A stretch of DNA of 64,000 bases from an uncultured Acidobacteriota bacterium (GCA_963813155.1 CAWEYG010000001.1:352001-416000), one strand, 5' to 3'; positions 9,460-19,603 are shown, counted from the stretch's first letter. Made by a program: numbers and translations. The notes: generated by a model not told the origin, from the letters alone.

Positions 9460-11064
9460 TCAGGTGTGGGTGATGTCGACGTCCTTGGTCTCCGGCAGGA
9501 AGATCAGTCCGATGATGAACCCGATCACCGCCACGATGATGGGATACCACAGACCCCCGTAAATGTTGCCGGACTTCGCCACGATCGCGGTCGCGAGCAG
9601 CGGCAGGAGGCCTCCGAACCATCCGTTCCCGATGTGGTACGGGAACGACATGGACGTGTACCGAATCCGCGTCGGAAAGAGCTCGACCAGGAACGCCGCG
9701 ATCGGCGCGTAGACGAGCGTCACGTAGATCACGAGAATGAACAGAATGAGGATCGTCATCGTCCAGTTGATCTGCGCTTTGTCGAACTTCGGAACGCCGG
9801 TGTCCTTGAGCGCAGCCTTGTACTTGTCCTCGTTCCAGCCCTGGAGCTCGATCGACCCGATCTTCGTCACGACGGTCTGGCCGGGGACTTCCGGAAGCTT
9901 CGAGAACGAAAGGCCCTGCTTCGTGATGAAGTCGGTTGCTTTGTCGCAGTCGGAAAATTTCGTCCCGGGAAAGACGAAAATGTGCATCTTGCATTCGGAT
10001 GAGGCGACCGTAATGGGCGTCTTCGACGCATACGCCTCCAGCGCCGGGTTGACATTGTGGGTGAGCGCCTTGAACAGCGGGAAGTACGTCACCGCAGCCA
10101 GGATGAACCCGGCCAGCATGATCCCCTTGCGGCCGATCTTGTCCGACAGCATTCCGAACCAGATGAAGAACGGCGTCGCGAGCACGAGCGAGATCGCGAT
10201 CAGAATGTATGCCGTGAGGTAGTCGACCTTGAGGTAGATCGTCAGGAAGAAGAGCGCGTAGAACTGGCCCGTGTACCAGACGACGCCTTCCGGCGCGGTC
10301 GCCCCGAAGAGCGACAGGAGAACGATCTTCAGGTTCTTCCAGTTCGTGAAGGAGTCTTTCAGGGGAGCCTTCGAGCCCCGGCCCTCCCCCTTCATGCGGC
10401 GGAAGATCGGCGACTCCTGGAGCTTCAGCCGGATGTAGATCGAGAAGACGAGAAGAATGACCGACAGGAGGAAGGGGATTCTCCAGCCCCAGTCCTTGAA
10501 CGCGTCGGGAGTCATCTTCCAGCGGCAAAGGCCGATGACGAGCAGCGACATGAAGAGGCCCAGCGTCGCGGTCGTCTGGATCCAGGCCGTCCTCTCGCCT
10601 CGCTTTCCGTTGGGCGAGTGCTCGGCGACGTAGGTCGCGGCGCCGCCGTATTCGCCGCCGAGGGCCAGGCCCTGCAACAGTCGCAAGGACACGAGAAGGA
10701 TCGGAGCAAGGATGCCGACCTTGGGATAGGTCGGGAGCAGGCCCGTCGCGGCCGTCGAAAAGCCCATCACGACGATCGTGATCAGGAACGTGTATTTCCG
10801 GCCGACGAGATCGCCGACGCGGCCGAAGATCAGAGCGCCGAAGGGCCGCACGACGAAGCCTGCCGCGTAGGTGGCGAAGGCGGAGAGCAGCGCCGCCGTG
10901 TCATTCCCTTTCGGGAAAAAGAGACCCGCGAAGAAGGGGGCAAGGGTAGCGTAGAGATAAAAGTCGTACCACTCGAAAACCGTGCCGAGGGATGAAGCGA
11001 AGACGACGCGACGCTGTTCCTTCGGGGTGGTTTCCTCGATAGGGCCCGCCGAGGTAGTACTCAT
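9460..11064 (-). CDS. MFS transporter, metabolite:H+ symporter (MHS) family
   Basis: GTVFEWYDF, RPFGALIFGRVGDLVGRK, LQGLALGGEYGGA and ELFPTRIRYT motifs; multiple TM helices. Confidence 0.92.
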   Translation of the reverse strand: MSTTSAGPIEETTPKEQRRVVFASSLGTVFEWYDFYLYATLAPFFAGLFFPKGNDTAALLSAFATYAAGFVVRPFGALIFGRVGDLVGRKYTFLITIVVMGFSTAATGLLPTYPKVGILAPILLVSLRLLQGLALGGEYGGAATYVAEHSPNGKRGERTAWIQTTATLGLFMSLLVIGLCRWKMTPDAFKDWGWRIPFLLSVILLVFSIYIRLKLQESPIFRRMKGEGRGSKAPLKDSFTNWKNLKIVLLSLFGATAPEGVVWYTGQFYALFFLTIYLKVDYLTAYILIAISLVLATPFFIWFGMLSDKIGRKGIMLAGFILAAVTYFPLFKALTHNVNPALEAYASKTPITVASSECKMHIFVFPGTKFSDCDKATDFITKQGLSFSKLPEVPGQTVVTKIGSIELQGWNEDKYKAALKDTGVPKFDKAQINWTMTILILFILVIYVTLVYAPIAAFLVELFPTRIRYTSMSFPYHIGNGWFGGLLPLLATAIVAKSGNIYGGLWYPIIVAVIGFIIGLIFLPETKDVDITHT

Positions 11065-11100
11065 TCGTTCCTCCTCTGTCCTGTCTCCCGAATTTCGACT

Positions 11101-11190
11101 TCAGAAGCGAGGCAGGCTCCGAGCCAGCCCCGTTCTGCACGCGGGTTGCCTGGACGATTCCGGGATCCGAAGGCCGCCGGAAAGGGACAT
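11101..11190 (-). CDS. possible 29-aa upstream ORF in the MFS leader
   Basis: GGGAGGAG SD, then ATG...TGA encoding MSLSGGLRIPESSRQPACRTGLARSLPRF, between the promoter and the MFS start. Confidence 0.3.
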   Translation of the reverse strand: MSLSGGLRIPESSRQPACRTGLARSLPRF

Positions 11191-11234
11191 TCGACGCTCC
11201 TCCCGACCTCTCGTGGGTGAATGAACTTGGAAAG

Positions 11235-11264
11235 AGGCTATCGGAGATCGTCGCGGCAAGTCAA
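11235..11264 (-). promoter_or_regulatory. sigma-70-like promoter for the MFS gene
   Basis: TTGACT-N18-TAGCCT on the minus strand. Confidence 0.45.
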
Positions 11265-11282
11265 CGAAAAACCCCTCCTTGG

Positions 11283-11858
11283 CTACATGAATCCGAGCGT
11301 CAGCTTCGCCGCGTCGGACATCATGTTCGGGCCCCATTGCGGCTCCCAAACGAGCTCGACGTCCGTCTCGGCGACCCCCGGAACGGAGGAGATCTTCGTC
11401 TTCGCGTCGTCGGCGATCGCCGCCCCCATGCCGCACCCGGGCGCCGTCAGGGTCATTTTGACCTCGATTCGGTTGCCGCCGATTTCGAGCGGCCGAACCT
11501 TCAGGTCGTAGACCAGGCCGAGCTCCACGACGTTGATCGGGATCTCCGGGTCGAAAACCGTCCGCAGCTGGTCCCAGACCGCCTTCTCGACGCCTTCGGG
11601 CGTCGAGGTGTCTGCGGAAGCCGCGGCCTCGAGCGATTTCCGCGCCTCGTCCGGCATGTCGACACCCAGCGCGCCGGCGTCCTTTCCCTCGATGCGGTAC
11701 AGGCCGCCGAGGGACGGCACGTCGACCGTGAAATTTCCGCCGAGCGTTTGCGTGATTCTTACCAGGGTCTTTGCCGGAAGCGCGATCCGTTCGCCGCTCG
11801 GAATCTGCATCGCCACGACGTCGCGAACCAGCGAGAGAATCGATGTCGGATATGCCAT
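11283..11858 (-). CDS. sufT: putative Fe-S cluster assembly protein SufT (long DUF59 form)
   Basis: ITQTLGGNFTV, LYRIEGKDAGALG, FDPEIPINVVELGLVY, MTLTAPGCGMG and ELVWEPQW motifs. Confidence 0.88.
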   Translation of the reverse strand: MAYPTSILSLVRDVVAMQIPSGERIALPAKTLVRITQTLGGNFTVDVPSLGGLYRIEGKDAGALGVDMPDEARKSLEAAASADTSTPEGVEKAVWDQLRTVFDPEIPINVVELGLVYDLKVRPLEIGGNRIEVKMTLTAPGCGMGAAIADDAKTKISSVPGVAETDVELVWEPQWGPNMMSDAAKLTLGFM

Positions 11859-11912
11859 GAGGACCTCCCCGTCGATTCCCATCTTACAACCGGAGCCGGG
11901 CGGCCCCGGGCT

Positions 11913-12764
11913 TCACTTCACGGAGCCGACCGTGAAGCCCGCGATGAAGCGATCGAGAAAGACGTTGTACAGGACCGCGATGGGCAACGTCGCGATAAGG
12001 CAGGCCGCCATCAACGAGCCCCAGTAGTACACGTCGCCCCTCACGAGGTAGATGGGAACGCCGACTCCGACGGTCTGGTGCGAGGCCGACGAAATGAACG
12101 TCAGCGCGTAGACGAATTCCTGCATCACGAGCGTGAAGCTGAAGATCACCACCGTGAGGATTCCCGAGACCGAGATTGGAATCACGAGCTTCAGGAACAC
12201 CTGGAAGCGGGTCAGCCCGTCCACCATCGCGGCGTCTTCGAGCTCGCGGGGAATGGACTTGAAGAAGCCCATCAGGAGCCACGTCGAGAACGGGATCGTG
12301 AAGCTCGGGTAGACGAGAATGATCGACCAGAGCGTGTCCTGGAGCCCGAGGCCGGCGACGATTCGGGAGAGCGGAATGAACAGGAGCGTCGGCGGAATGA
12401 GATAGGTGAGAAAGATGCCGATCCCGAGCCGCTCTCCCCAGCGCCCCGTCAGGCGAGCGAGCGAGTACGCCGCCGGCGTCGCGAGCACGAGCGTGATCGC
12501 GACGACCATCAGCCCCGCAAAACCCGTGTTGCCGAGCCAGCGCAGGAACAACGTCTCGCGGAACAGGTACCTCACGTGCTCGAATGTCGGCATTTGATTG
12601 AAAATGAACGGGTTATTCTTCAGATTGTAGAGGTCGCCGGTCTGCTTGAAGGACGTGATCAGCATCCAGTAGAACGGAAACGCGAGCAGGATCGAGAAGA
12701 TGGCGAGCGTCCCCCAGCGCAGGGCTCTCGTCGCGAGTCGCCGCCACCTCAGCCCGCGCGCCAT
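11913..12764 (-). CDS. CUT1 ABC transporter permease (MalG-like)
   Basis: FPFYWMLITSFK and EAA loop IPRELEDAAMVDG. Confidence 0.9.
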   Translation of the reverse strand: MARGLRWRRLATRALRWGTLAIFSILLAFPFYWMLITSFKQTGDLYNLKNNPFIFNQMPTFEHVRYLFRETLFLRWLGNTGFAGLMVVAITLVLATPAAYSLARLTGRWGERLGIGIFLTYLIPPTLLFIPLSRIVAGLGLQDTLWSIILVYPSFTIPFSTWLLMGFFKSIPRELEDAAMVDGLTRFQVFLKLVIPISVSGILTVVIFSFTLVMQEFVYALTFISSASHQTVGVGVPIYLVRGDVYYWGSLMAACLIATLPIAVLYNVFLDRFIAGFTVGSVK

Positions 12765-12781
12765 CAGTGCTCCCCTCCCAC

Positions 12782-13666
12782 TCAGGTCACCTCGGCCCTT
12801 CGCGCCGTCCGCAGCATCAGCCATGCGACGATCACGAGAAGGGGAACCAGAAAAATCGAGATCGCGGCGCCTTCGGCGAGATCGCTGCCGAGAATGCCGG
12901 TGAAGAACGCGAGCGAGGGGACCACCTGCGTCGTGTCGAACGGCCCGCCGCGCGTGAGGATGTAGATCACGGTCATGTCCGTGAACGTGAAAACCACGCC
13001 GAAGAGGACCGCGACGTTGATGATCGGAAGCATCATCGGAATTTCGATCTGGAACAGGCGCCGGAAGAATTTCGCCCCGTCGACCTCCGCCGCCTCCGGA
13101 ATGTCTTTCGGGATCGCGGTCCAGCCCGCGAGGATGATCACGGTCGCAAACGGCAGCATGCGCCACGTGTGGACGAGGATCACCGAAAGCATCGCCAGCT
13201 TCGGCTCCCCGAGCCACATCGGGGGCGAGAATTGGTTCGCCAGGTGCAGGCGGATGAGGACCCAGTTGATGACGCTGTACAGAGAGTCGAGGATCCACTT
13301 CCAGCCGATCGAGCCGATCGAAACGGGAGCCACCCACGGCAGCAGAATCAGGAAGCGAACGAAGTGCCGCCCCCGAAAGACGTCCTTGAGCGCGAGCGCG
13401 AGAACCGTCGCGCCGACCAGCACGAGAATCTGGGAGGCGACCGTGAAGACGAAAGAATTCCGAAGAGCGACGAGAAATGCCGGGTTCTGGAGGACGGAGA
13501 GGATGTTCCGGAGCCCGACGAAATGGTAGCCGCGGCTCCCGACCTTGACGTCTCCGACGCTGTAGAGAAACGCCAGGACGAAGGGCACGCCGACGAGCGC
13601 GAGGACATAGATCATCGCGGGAAGGAACATCGCGGGTCCGAGCCAGGCCTGGCGCTTGCGACTCAT
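12782..13666 (-). CDS. CUT1 ABC transporter permease (MalF-like)
   Basis: FVGLRN, LILLPW, EAA loop IPKDIPEAAEVDGA and ILTRGGP motifs. Confidence 0.9.
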   Translation of the reverse strand: MSRKRQAWLGPAMFLPAMIYVLALVGVPFVLAFLYSVGDVKVGSRGYHFVGLRNILSVLQNPAFLVALRNSFVFTVASQILVLVGATVLALALKDVFRGRHFVRFLILLPWVAPVSIGSIGWKWILDSLYSVINWVLIRLHLANQFSPPMWLGEPKLAMLSVILVHTWRMLPFATVIILAGWTAIPKDIPEAAEVDGAKFFRRLFQIEIPMMLPIINVAVLFGVVFTFTDMTVIYILTRGGPFDTTQVVPSLAFFTGILGSDLAEGAAISIFLVPLLVIVAWLMLRTARRAEVT

Positions 13667-13685
13667 CGTGCCGGACTACGTTTCC

Positions 13686-14807
13686 TCACAGCACGGCGTC
13701 GCTCTCGCGGTCGAAGAGATAGGACCGGTTCATGTCGAACCAGAGGTCGACCTGCTCCCCCGGGCGGATCGCGGCATGAATCTCGGTCTCCATCAGGAAC
13801 CCGCCGATCCCGCTGCTCGCCGTCACGATGACCCGGTGGCCAAGGGGCTCCACGAATTCGATCGCGGCCCGCACTTTCGCGGGCACGCCGAGCGCCGCCC
13901 ACGCGACGTCGGAAAGCGGCCGCCCGGTCGCGGCGAGGGAGATGTGCTCCGGGCGCATCCCGAAGTAGACCTTTCTGCCGGCCGACGACGCGAGATCGGG
14001 CCGCGAGAGCGGTAGGCGGACGTCCCCCGAAAGGACGACCGAAACCTCGGAGCCTTCGGCGGCGAGCTCGCCGTCGAAGAAATTCATCGGCGGGCTCCCG
14101 ATGAACCCGGCGACGAACCGGCTGGCCGGAGTATCGTAAACTTCGAGCGGCGTGCCCAGCTGACAGATTTTCCCGTGGTTCATGATCACGATCCGGTCGG
14201 CCATCGTCATCGCTTCCACCTGGTCGTGCGTGACGTAGATCATGGTGGACCGGATGTCCCGGTGCAGCCGCTTCAATTCCGTCCTCATGTGAACGCGCAG
14301 CTTCGCGTCGAGGTTGGACAGGGGCTCGTCGAACAGGAAGAGCGACGGCTCTCGAACGATCGCACGCGCCAGGGCGACGCGCTGCCGCTCGCCTCCCGAG
14401 AGCTCCCGCGGCTTGCGGGCGAGCAGATTGGAAATTCCGAGGAGACCGGCGGCCCATTCCGCCTTGCGACGGCGCTCGTCCCGCGGGACTTTGCTCGCCT
14501 TCAGCGGAAATTCGATGTTTCCCATGGCCGTCAGGTGCGGGTAGAGCGCGTAGCTCTGAAAAACCATCGCGATCCGGCGCTGCCGGGGAGTGAGGTCGTT
14601 GACGACGACCCCGCCGATGAGAATCTCCCCCGAGGTCGGCTCCTCGAGCCCCGCGATCATGCGCAGGAGAGTCGTCTTGCCGGATCCGGAAGGGCCGAGG
14701 AGGACGAGAAACTCGCCCTCCCGGCTTTCCAGGTCGACATCGACGACCGCCCCGAGCTGGCCCTTGCGGAAGAGTTTGGTCAGCCCCCTCGTTTCGACGA
14801 TCGCCAT
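13686..14807 (-). CDS. CUT1 ABC transporter ATP-binding protein (MalK-like)
   Basis: GPSGSGKT, VFQSYALYPH, LSGGERQRVA, DEPLSNLD and a C-terminal TOBE region. Confidence 0.93.
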   Translation of the reverse strand: MAIVETRGLTKLFRKGQLGAVVDVDLESREGEFLVLLGPSGSGKTTLLRMIAGLEEPTSGEILIGGVVVNDLTPRQRRIAMVFQSYALYPHLTAMGNIEFPLKASKVPRDERRRKAEWAAGLLGISNLLARKPRELSGGERQRVALARAIVREPSLFLFDEPLSNLDAKLRVHMRTELKRLHRDIRSTMIYVTHDQVEAMTMADRIVIMNHGKICQLGTPLEVYDTPASRFVAGFIGSPPMNFFDGELAAEGSEVSVVLSGDVRLPLSRPDLASSAGRKVYFGMRPEHISLAATGRPLSDVAWAALGVPAKVRAAIEFVEPLGHRVIVTASSGIGGFLMETEIHAAIRPGEQVDLWFDMNRSYLFDRESDAVL

Positions 14808-14820
14808 CCCGGGTACCCGG

Positions 14821-16158
14821 CTACTTCCACTTGTCGAAGATCCGGCGAATCTCCTTCTCGGCCGCGCGAACGGAATCCTCCGGACTCATCACGTCCTGGG
14901 CGGCTTTCGCGAACATGGTGGGCAGGACGAACGTGTTGAAGACTTCGTCGACGGCGGCCGTGGCGTACCCGGGGTAACCCACGTTGGTCGACCAGTCGAG
15001 AGCGCCCTCGAGGACCTTGTACTTGTCGTTCGGCTGGCCCTTCGGGTCGTTCGCGATCTTCGCCTTGATGTCGGGAACCGTCTTCGGAAAACAGGGGAAA
15101 TTGTAGAACTCGCTCGCCTGAAAGCCCGTCGCGAAATTGTCGATGTAGTCGGCCAGGAACTTCTTCGCGCCTTCCTTGTTCTCGGCGAAGTTCCAGATCA
15201 CGTAGCAGTCCATCACGTGCTCGGAGGCGATCCGGCGCACCGGGCCCTTTAGCGCCGGGCGGAGCTGGATCGCTTTGGACATCTCCGGGTTGTCCTTCTC
15301 CGCCGTTCGGGTCACGGAGATCGCGTTCTGGACGAAGGAAAGCTTGCCCGCGAGGATCCCCCGGTTGTTCGACGAGGGATCCCAGGTGAAGACCTCCGCC
15401 GTCTCCGCTTCCTTGTAGAGGGCCTTCATGTACTTGACCGCTTCGATCGTCGCCTTCGAATTGATCGTCACGTTGCCCGCGGCGTCCTGCTCGGACCCGC
15501 CGAACGACCACAGAAGCGCCCGGACGGCCATGTTCGTGTCCAGTTCCTGCGAGAGGCCGAGGCCGACCGGGTTGCCGAATTGATCCTTGATTTTCTTGCC
15601 GCCGATTCTCAGATCTTCCCAGGAGTCGGGACCGTTCGGGAATCCGACCTTCGACCAGAGGTCCACGCGATAGTTACCCGGGTCCGGAACGTAGGAATCC
15701 GAGAACGCGAAGAACTTCTTCGTCTTCGGGTTGAACGTCGAGCGCTCCGCGAGCGGGATCATTTTGCCGTGCTTTTTCTCGACTTCTTCGTAGATTTCCC
15801 GGTGGTCGATGACCTGCTTCTCGTACGCCGCCGGAGGAGCGAGGAACATGAAAAGGTCGTGTCCCTTTCCCGCCGCCACCTCGGCGGCCGCTCGCGCGTT
15901 GATCTCGCCGATCGAAATATGGTCGACGACGACGTTCGTGCCGTTCTTCGCGCCCCATTCCTTCGTGTAGGCTCCGTCGAACCACTTGTCGTAACCCGGG
16001 ACGAAATGGCTCCACTGCAGGATCTTCAGGGTTTTCTGCTGAGCGGCCGCGCGTTCCGGGAAGAGGAATCCGGGACCCACTCCCGCGACGAGCGCTCCGG
16101 TCCCCGCGATTTTCGCAAATTCTCTCCGGCTGATCCCGTGGCTTCTCTTCTTGACCAT
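14821..16158 (-). CDS. Tat-exported ABC solute-binding protein (family 1)
   Basis: ISRREF twin-Arg signal, LKILQWSHFVP; leads the ABC gene cluster. Confidence 0.88.
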   Translation of the reverse strand: MVKKRSHGISRREFAKIAGTGALVAGVGPGFLFPERAAAQQKTLKILQWSHFVPGYDKWFDGAYTKEWGAKNGTNVVVDHISIGEINARAAAEVAAGKGHDLFMFLAPPAAYEKQVIDHREIYEEVEKKHGKMIPLAERSTFNPKTKKFFAFSDSYVPDPGNYRVDLWSKVGFPNGPDSWEDLRIGGKKIKDQFGNPVGLGLSQELDTNMAVRALLWSFGGSEQDAAGNVTINSKATIEAVKYMKALYKEAETAEVFTWDPSSNNRGILAGKLSFVQNAISVTRTAEKDNPEMSKAIQLRPALKGPVRRIASEHVMDCYVIWNFAENKEGAKKFLADYIDNFATGFQASEFYNFPCFPKTVPDIKAKIANDPKGQPNDKYKVLEGALDWSTNVGYPGYATAAVDEVFNTFVLPTMFAKAAQDVMSPEDSVRAAEKEIRRIFDKWK

Positions 16159-16167
16159 GCTCCCCTC

Positions 16168-18270
16168 CTACTCTTCCTTTCCGAACTGTTTGAGGTCCTC
16201 CGGTCCTTCCTGCGTTTTCAGCTTCGCCTTGCCCTGAACCACGATGCGGATCTGCTCGACGACGTCGGGATTCGCGAGCGTCGTGATGTCCCCCGTGTCG
16301 AGCGTGTTCGAGATCGCCGCCAGGACGCGCCGCATGATCTTTCCGGACCGCGTTTTCGGCATGTCCGGAACGATATGCACTTTGCGCGGCCGCGCGATCT
16401 TCCCGATCATCGTCTCGATCGTCGCGATGACCTTCTCGGAGATCTCCGGGGTCGGGACATATCCCGGCTTCAGCGCGATGTAGACCTCCGGAATCCTCCC
16501 CTTGACCTCGTCGACGACGGGCACGACCGCCGCTTCCGCCACCTGGGGCACGGTGAGGCACGCCGACTCGAGCTCTTTCGTGCCGAGCCGGTGGCCCGCG
16601 ACGTTGATCACGTCGTCCACGCGCCCGAGGATCCGGAAGTAGCCGTCGGCGGCGAGGACCGCGCCATCGGCCGCGAAATACGGCCAGTCCTGCCACTTCT
16701 TGCTCTTCGGGTCCTTGCAGTACTTGGAGTAGTACTGCTTGACGAAGCGCTCGCGGTCGCCCCAGATCGTCTGGATGATGCCGGGCCACGGGTTCCGAAT
16801 GCAGATGTTGCCCGCCTTCCCGGAGCCCGCCTTCACTTCCTCGCCCTTTTCGTCGTAGATGATCGGGAAAATGCCGGGAACCCCGGGCCCCGCGCTCCCC
16901 GGCTTCATCGGGTCGAGAGCCGGTTTCGTGCTGCAGAGGAATCCCCCGTTTTCCGTCTGCCACCACGTGTCCACGATCACGGCTTCGCGCTTGCCCACGG
17001 CGTTGTAGTACCACTTCCAGACCTCGGGCTCGATCGGCTCGCCCACGGACGTCATGTGTTTGAAGTGGTACCGGTATTTCTCCGGTTCGTCCGGACCGGC
17101 CTTTCGCAGCATTCGAATGGCCGTCGGAGACGTGTGAAAAATGTTCACGTCGAGACGCTCCGCGATCCGCCAGACCCGACCCGCGTCCGGAAACGTCGGG
17201 ACGCCTTCGTAGATCACCGACGTGGCGCCGAGCGCGAGGGGCCCGTACACGATGTACGAATGACCCGTGATCCATCCGATGTCGGCCATGCACCAGTAGA
17301 CGTCCTCCGGGTGAATGTCCTGGATGTACTTCGAGGTTCCCGTGACGTAGGCGAGATATCCGCCCGTCCGATGCTGGCACCCCTTCGGTTTCCCCGTCGT
17401 TCCGCTCGTGTACATGAGAAAGAGCGGCGCTTCCGAGTCCATCGCGACCGGCTCGACGCGCGCGCGGCGGCATTCCCGGAGAGCCTCGTCGACAAAGAAA
17501 TCGCGGCCCTTCACCATCGGCGTCGCCGACGAGTATTTTCCCGGGTACCTCTTCCAGACCAGGACCTTCTCGATCTTCTGGCCCTCTTTCTCCGCCGTCG
17601 CGACGGCGATCTCGGCGCCGGCCTTGTGATCGATCATCTTCCCGCCGCGGAAGTAGCTGTCCATGTAGATCAGCACCCGGCTCCCCGAATCCGCCGCTCG
17701 AAGGCCGCAGGCCTCGCCGGAAAATCCGCCGAAGACGACGGAATGGATCACGCCGAGCCTCGCGCAGGCCAGCATCGTGATCGGCAGCTCCGCCACCATC
17801 GGCATGTGGATCGTGACGCGGTCTCCCGCCTTGAGGCCCGCAAAATCCCGCAGCAGAGCCGCGAATTCGTTCACCCGGACGAAGAGCTCCTGGTAAGTCA
17901 GCGCGACCGGATCTTCGTCCTCGGGCTCGGGCACGAAGATGATCGCCGCCTTGTTCTTGTGCTTCGCGAGATTCCGATCGACGCAGTTGTAGGAGACGTT
18001 GAGCTTGCCCCCGACGAACCATTTCCAGAACGGCGGATCGCTCGTGTCCAGAACCGTGCGCCAGCGCTCGCTCCAGGTGAGCATGTCGGCGTATTCCTCG
18101 AAGCAACCGGGAAAATTCTTCTCCGTGAATCGCTCGGAGACCCGCGGGTCGTTGAGGTTGGCCTGCTCGATGAATTTCGCGGATGGCCGGTAGTACTCTT
18201 CTTCCTTCCAGTGCACCGCGATCTGGTCCTCGGTGGTTTCGGGAACCCCGGTCGCTTCCTTCTCGGCCAT
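16168..18270 (-). CDS. acs: acetate--CoA ligase
   Basis: YTSGTTGKPKG, ADIGWITGHSYIVYGPL, DTWWQTE, GRVDDVINVAGHRLG and PKTRSGKIMRR motifs. Confidence 0.95.
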   Translation of the reverse strand: MAEKEATGVPETTEDQIAVHWKEEEYYRPSAKFIEQANLNDPRVSERFTEKNFPGCFEEYADMLTWSERWRTVLDTSDPPFWKWFVGGKLNVSYNCVDRNLAKHKNKAAIIFVPEPEDEDPVALTYQELFVRVNEFAALLRDFAGLKAGDRVTIHMPMVAELPITMLACARLGVIHSVVFGGFSGEACGLRAADSGSRVLIYMDSYFRGGKMIDHKAGAEIAVATAEKEGQKIEKVLVWKRYPGKYSSATPMVKGRDFFVDEALRECRRARVEPVAMDSEAPLFLMYTSGTTGKPKGCQHRTGGYLAYVTGTSKYIQDIHPEDVYWCMADIGWITGHSYIVYGPLALGATSVIYEGVPTFPDAGRVWRIAERLDVNIFHTSPTAIRMLRKAGPDEPEKYRYHFKHMTSVGEPIEPEVWKWYYNAVGKREAVIVDTWWQTENGGFLCSTKPALDPMKPGSAGPGVPGIFPIIYDEKGEEVKAGSGKAGNICIRNPWPGIIQTIWGDRERFVKQYYSKYCKDPKSKKWQDWPYFAADGAVLAADGYFRILGRVDDVINVAGHRLGTKELESACLTVPQVAEAAVVPVVDEVKGRIPEVYIALKPGYVPTPEISEKVIATIETMIGKIARPRKVHIVPDMPKTRSGKIMRRVLAAISNTLDTGDITTLANPDVVEQIRIVVQGKAKLKTQEGPEDLKQFGKEE

Positions 18271-18300
18271 CAGGCGCTACTCCCTTCGACTCATCGACAT

Positions 18301-18359
18301 GACGAAGGGGAAGCGCGCGAGCGGCGTCCGTCGCCGGCCGCTCGCGCTTTTCCTTCGTC
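18301..18359. other. long intergenic stem-loop between porin and acs
   Basis: Imperfect inverted repeat GACGAAGG..AAGCGCG..AGCGGC / GCCGCTCGCGCTTTTCCTTCGTC with no U-tract following on the coding strand. Confidence 0.6.
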
Positions 18360-18376
18360 TCGCGGGACCCGGATCC

Positions 18377-19603
18377 CTAGAAGTTGTACAGGGCCGAGAG
18401 GGCCCACTGGTTCGCTTTCGTCTCGATTTTTGCCGCGCTCGTCGTCAATTTGTCATGCATGTATTCCAGGCCGAGCGAGAACGGGCCCGCTCTCCAGCGC
18501 AACATGCCCGCGTACATGACGTTCTTCAAGCGCGCCGCAGCGCCGGCCGCGGCGATCGCGTCGCTGTCTTTCGGATCGTCCATTCCGTAGAAAGCGAAGG
18601 CGCCCCAGTTCGGCGTGAAGTCGTAGCCGGCCTGCAGCCACCCTCCCTGGCTTTGAATCTTGCCGAACTGCGTGATCGCGCCGAAGTTCTGGCCGATCGA
18701 GTGCCCGGTGTAGCCGCTGCCCTGAATCAGGAATCCGGCGACCGTGATCTTCGCCCCGACTTCGACGGCCGTTCCGTTCAACTTGTCGTGGGCGGTCGAA
18801 GCGCCGGCGCCCGAAAGATCTTTCTGGTCCACGTGGCCGGCCGCGTAAACGCCCCAGCTCATCGCATCCGTTTTTCCGCCGACGTTGAGGCGCGCTTCGA
18901 GCTGCGGCGTGCCCGCGTTGCCGGCGTTGTTGGAGTCGGTCGTCGTACCGGGAGGGGCCGACCAGCTGTTCGCCATGACGGCGACCTGAAGGTCCGCGTT
19001 CACCGGGGCGCCTTTCGGCGTCAGGTTCTGGTAGAGAAAGATGCCGGGGAATCGCCAGCCGATCACGCCCGCCGAGCCGTAGCCGAGCGGGAACGCGATG
19101 TGCGCGAGCGAGACGGGAACGAAGCACGCGGCTCCCTGGGGGCAGGCACCGAAGAGCAGGCCCCACTGTTGCCCGAATCGAACCGTCGTGCTTCCGTTGG
19201 TGAGGTCGACGTACCCGAGCCGCAAACGCGGTACCACCTGCTGTCCGGCGAAGGAGCCCGTGCCGTTGTTTCCCCCGAAGAAGTCCATCTCGATGGCGCC
19301 GCCGACCTTCCAGTCGGCAAACACTGTCGGCCCGTTGAGCGTCATGTTGAGGCGGGTGTTGCGAACGTCGCCGCCGTAGAACCAGCGGTCGACTTTCGTC
19401 TCCGGGACGACCGGGTACTCCGCGTTCTGGCCGTTGCCGAACGAGAAGTTCTGGTCCTGGGCGAAGGACGTTGCGCTGATGAACCCCTTGAACGTGATGC
19501 TCGCGTTGGGTCCGACCTGGACCGTTTGCGCCGACGCGACCGTCGTGGCGAGTACGGCGAGCGCGCAAGACAGGAAAACGACCTTGGCTGACACTTTGAA
19601 CAT
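18377..19603 (-). CDS. outer-membrane porin, DcaP-like
   Basis: Signal peptide, RNTRLN, IEMDFFGG, PRLRLGY, RFGQQW, amphipathic strands and terminal ALYNF. Confidence 0.75.
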   Translation of the reverse strand: MFKVSAKVVFLSCALAVLATTVASAQTVQVGPNASITFKGFISATSFAQDQNFSFGNGQNAEYPVVPETKVDRWFYGGDVRNTRLNMTLNGPTVFADWKVGGAIEMDFFGGNNGTGSFAGQQVVPRLRLGYVDLTNGSTTVRFGQQWGLLFGACPQGAACFVPVSLAHIAFPLGYGSAGVIGWRFPGIFLYQNLTPKGAPVNADLQVAVMANSWSAPPGTTTDSNNAGNAGTPQLEARLNVGGKTDAMSWGVYAAGHVDQKDLSGAGASTAHDKLNGTAVEVGAKITVAGFLIQGSGYTGHSIGQNFGAITQFGKIQSQGGWLQAGYDFTPNWGAFAFYGMDDPKDSDAIAAAGAAARLKNVMYAGMLRWRAGPFSLGLEYMHDKLTTSAAKIETKANQWALSALYNF

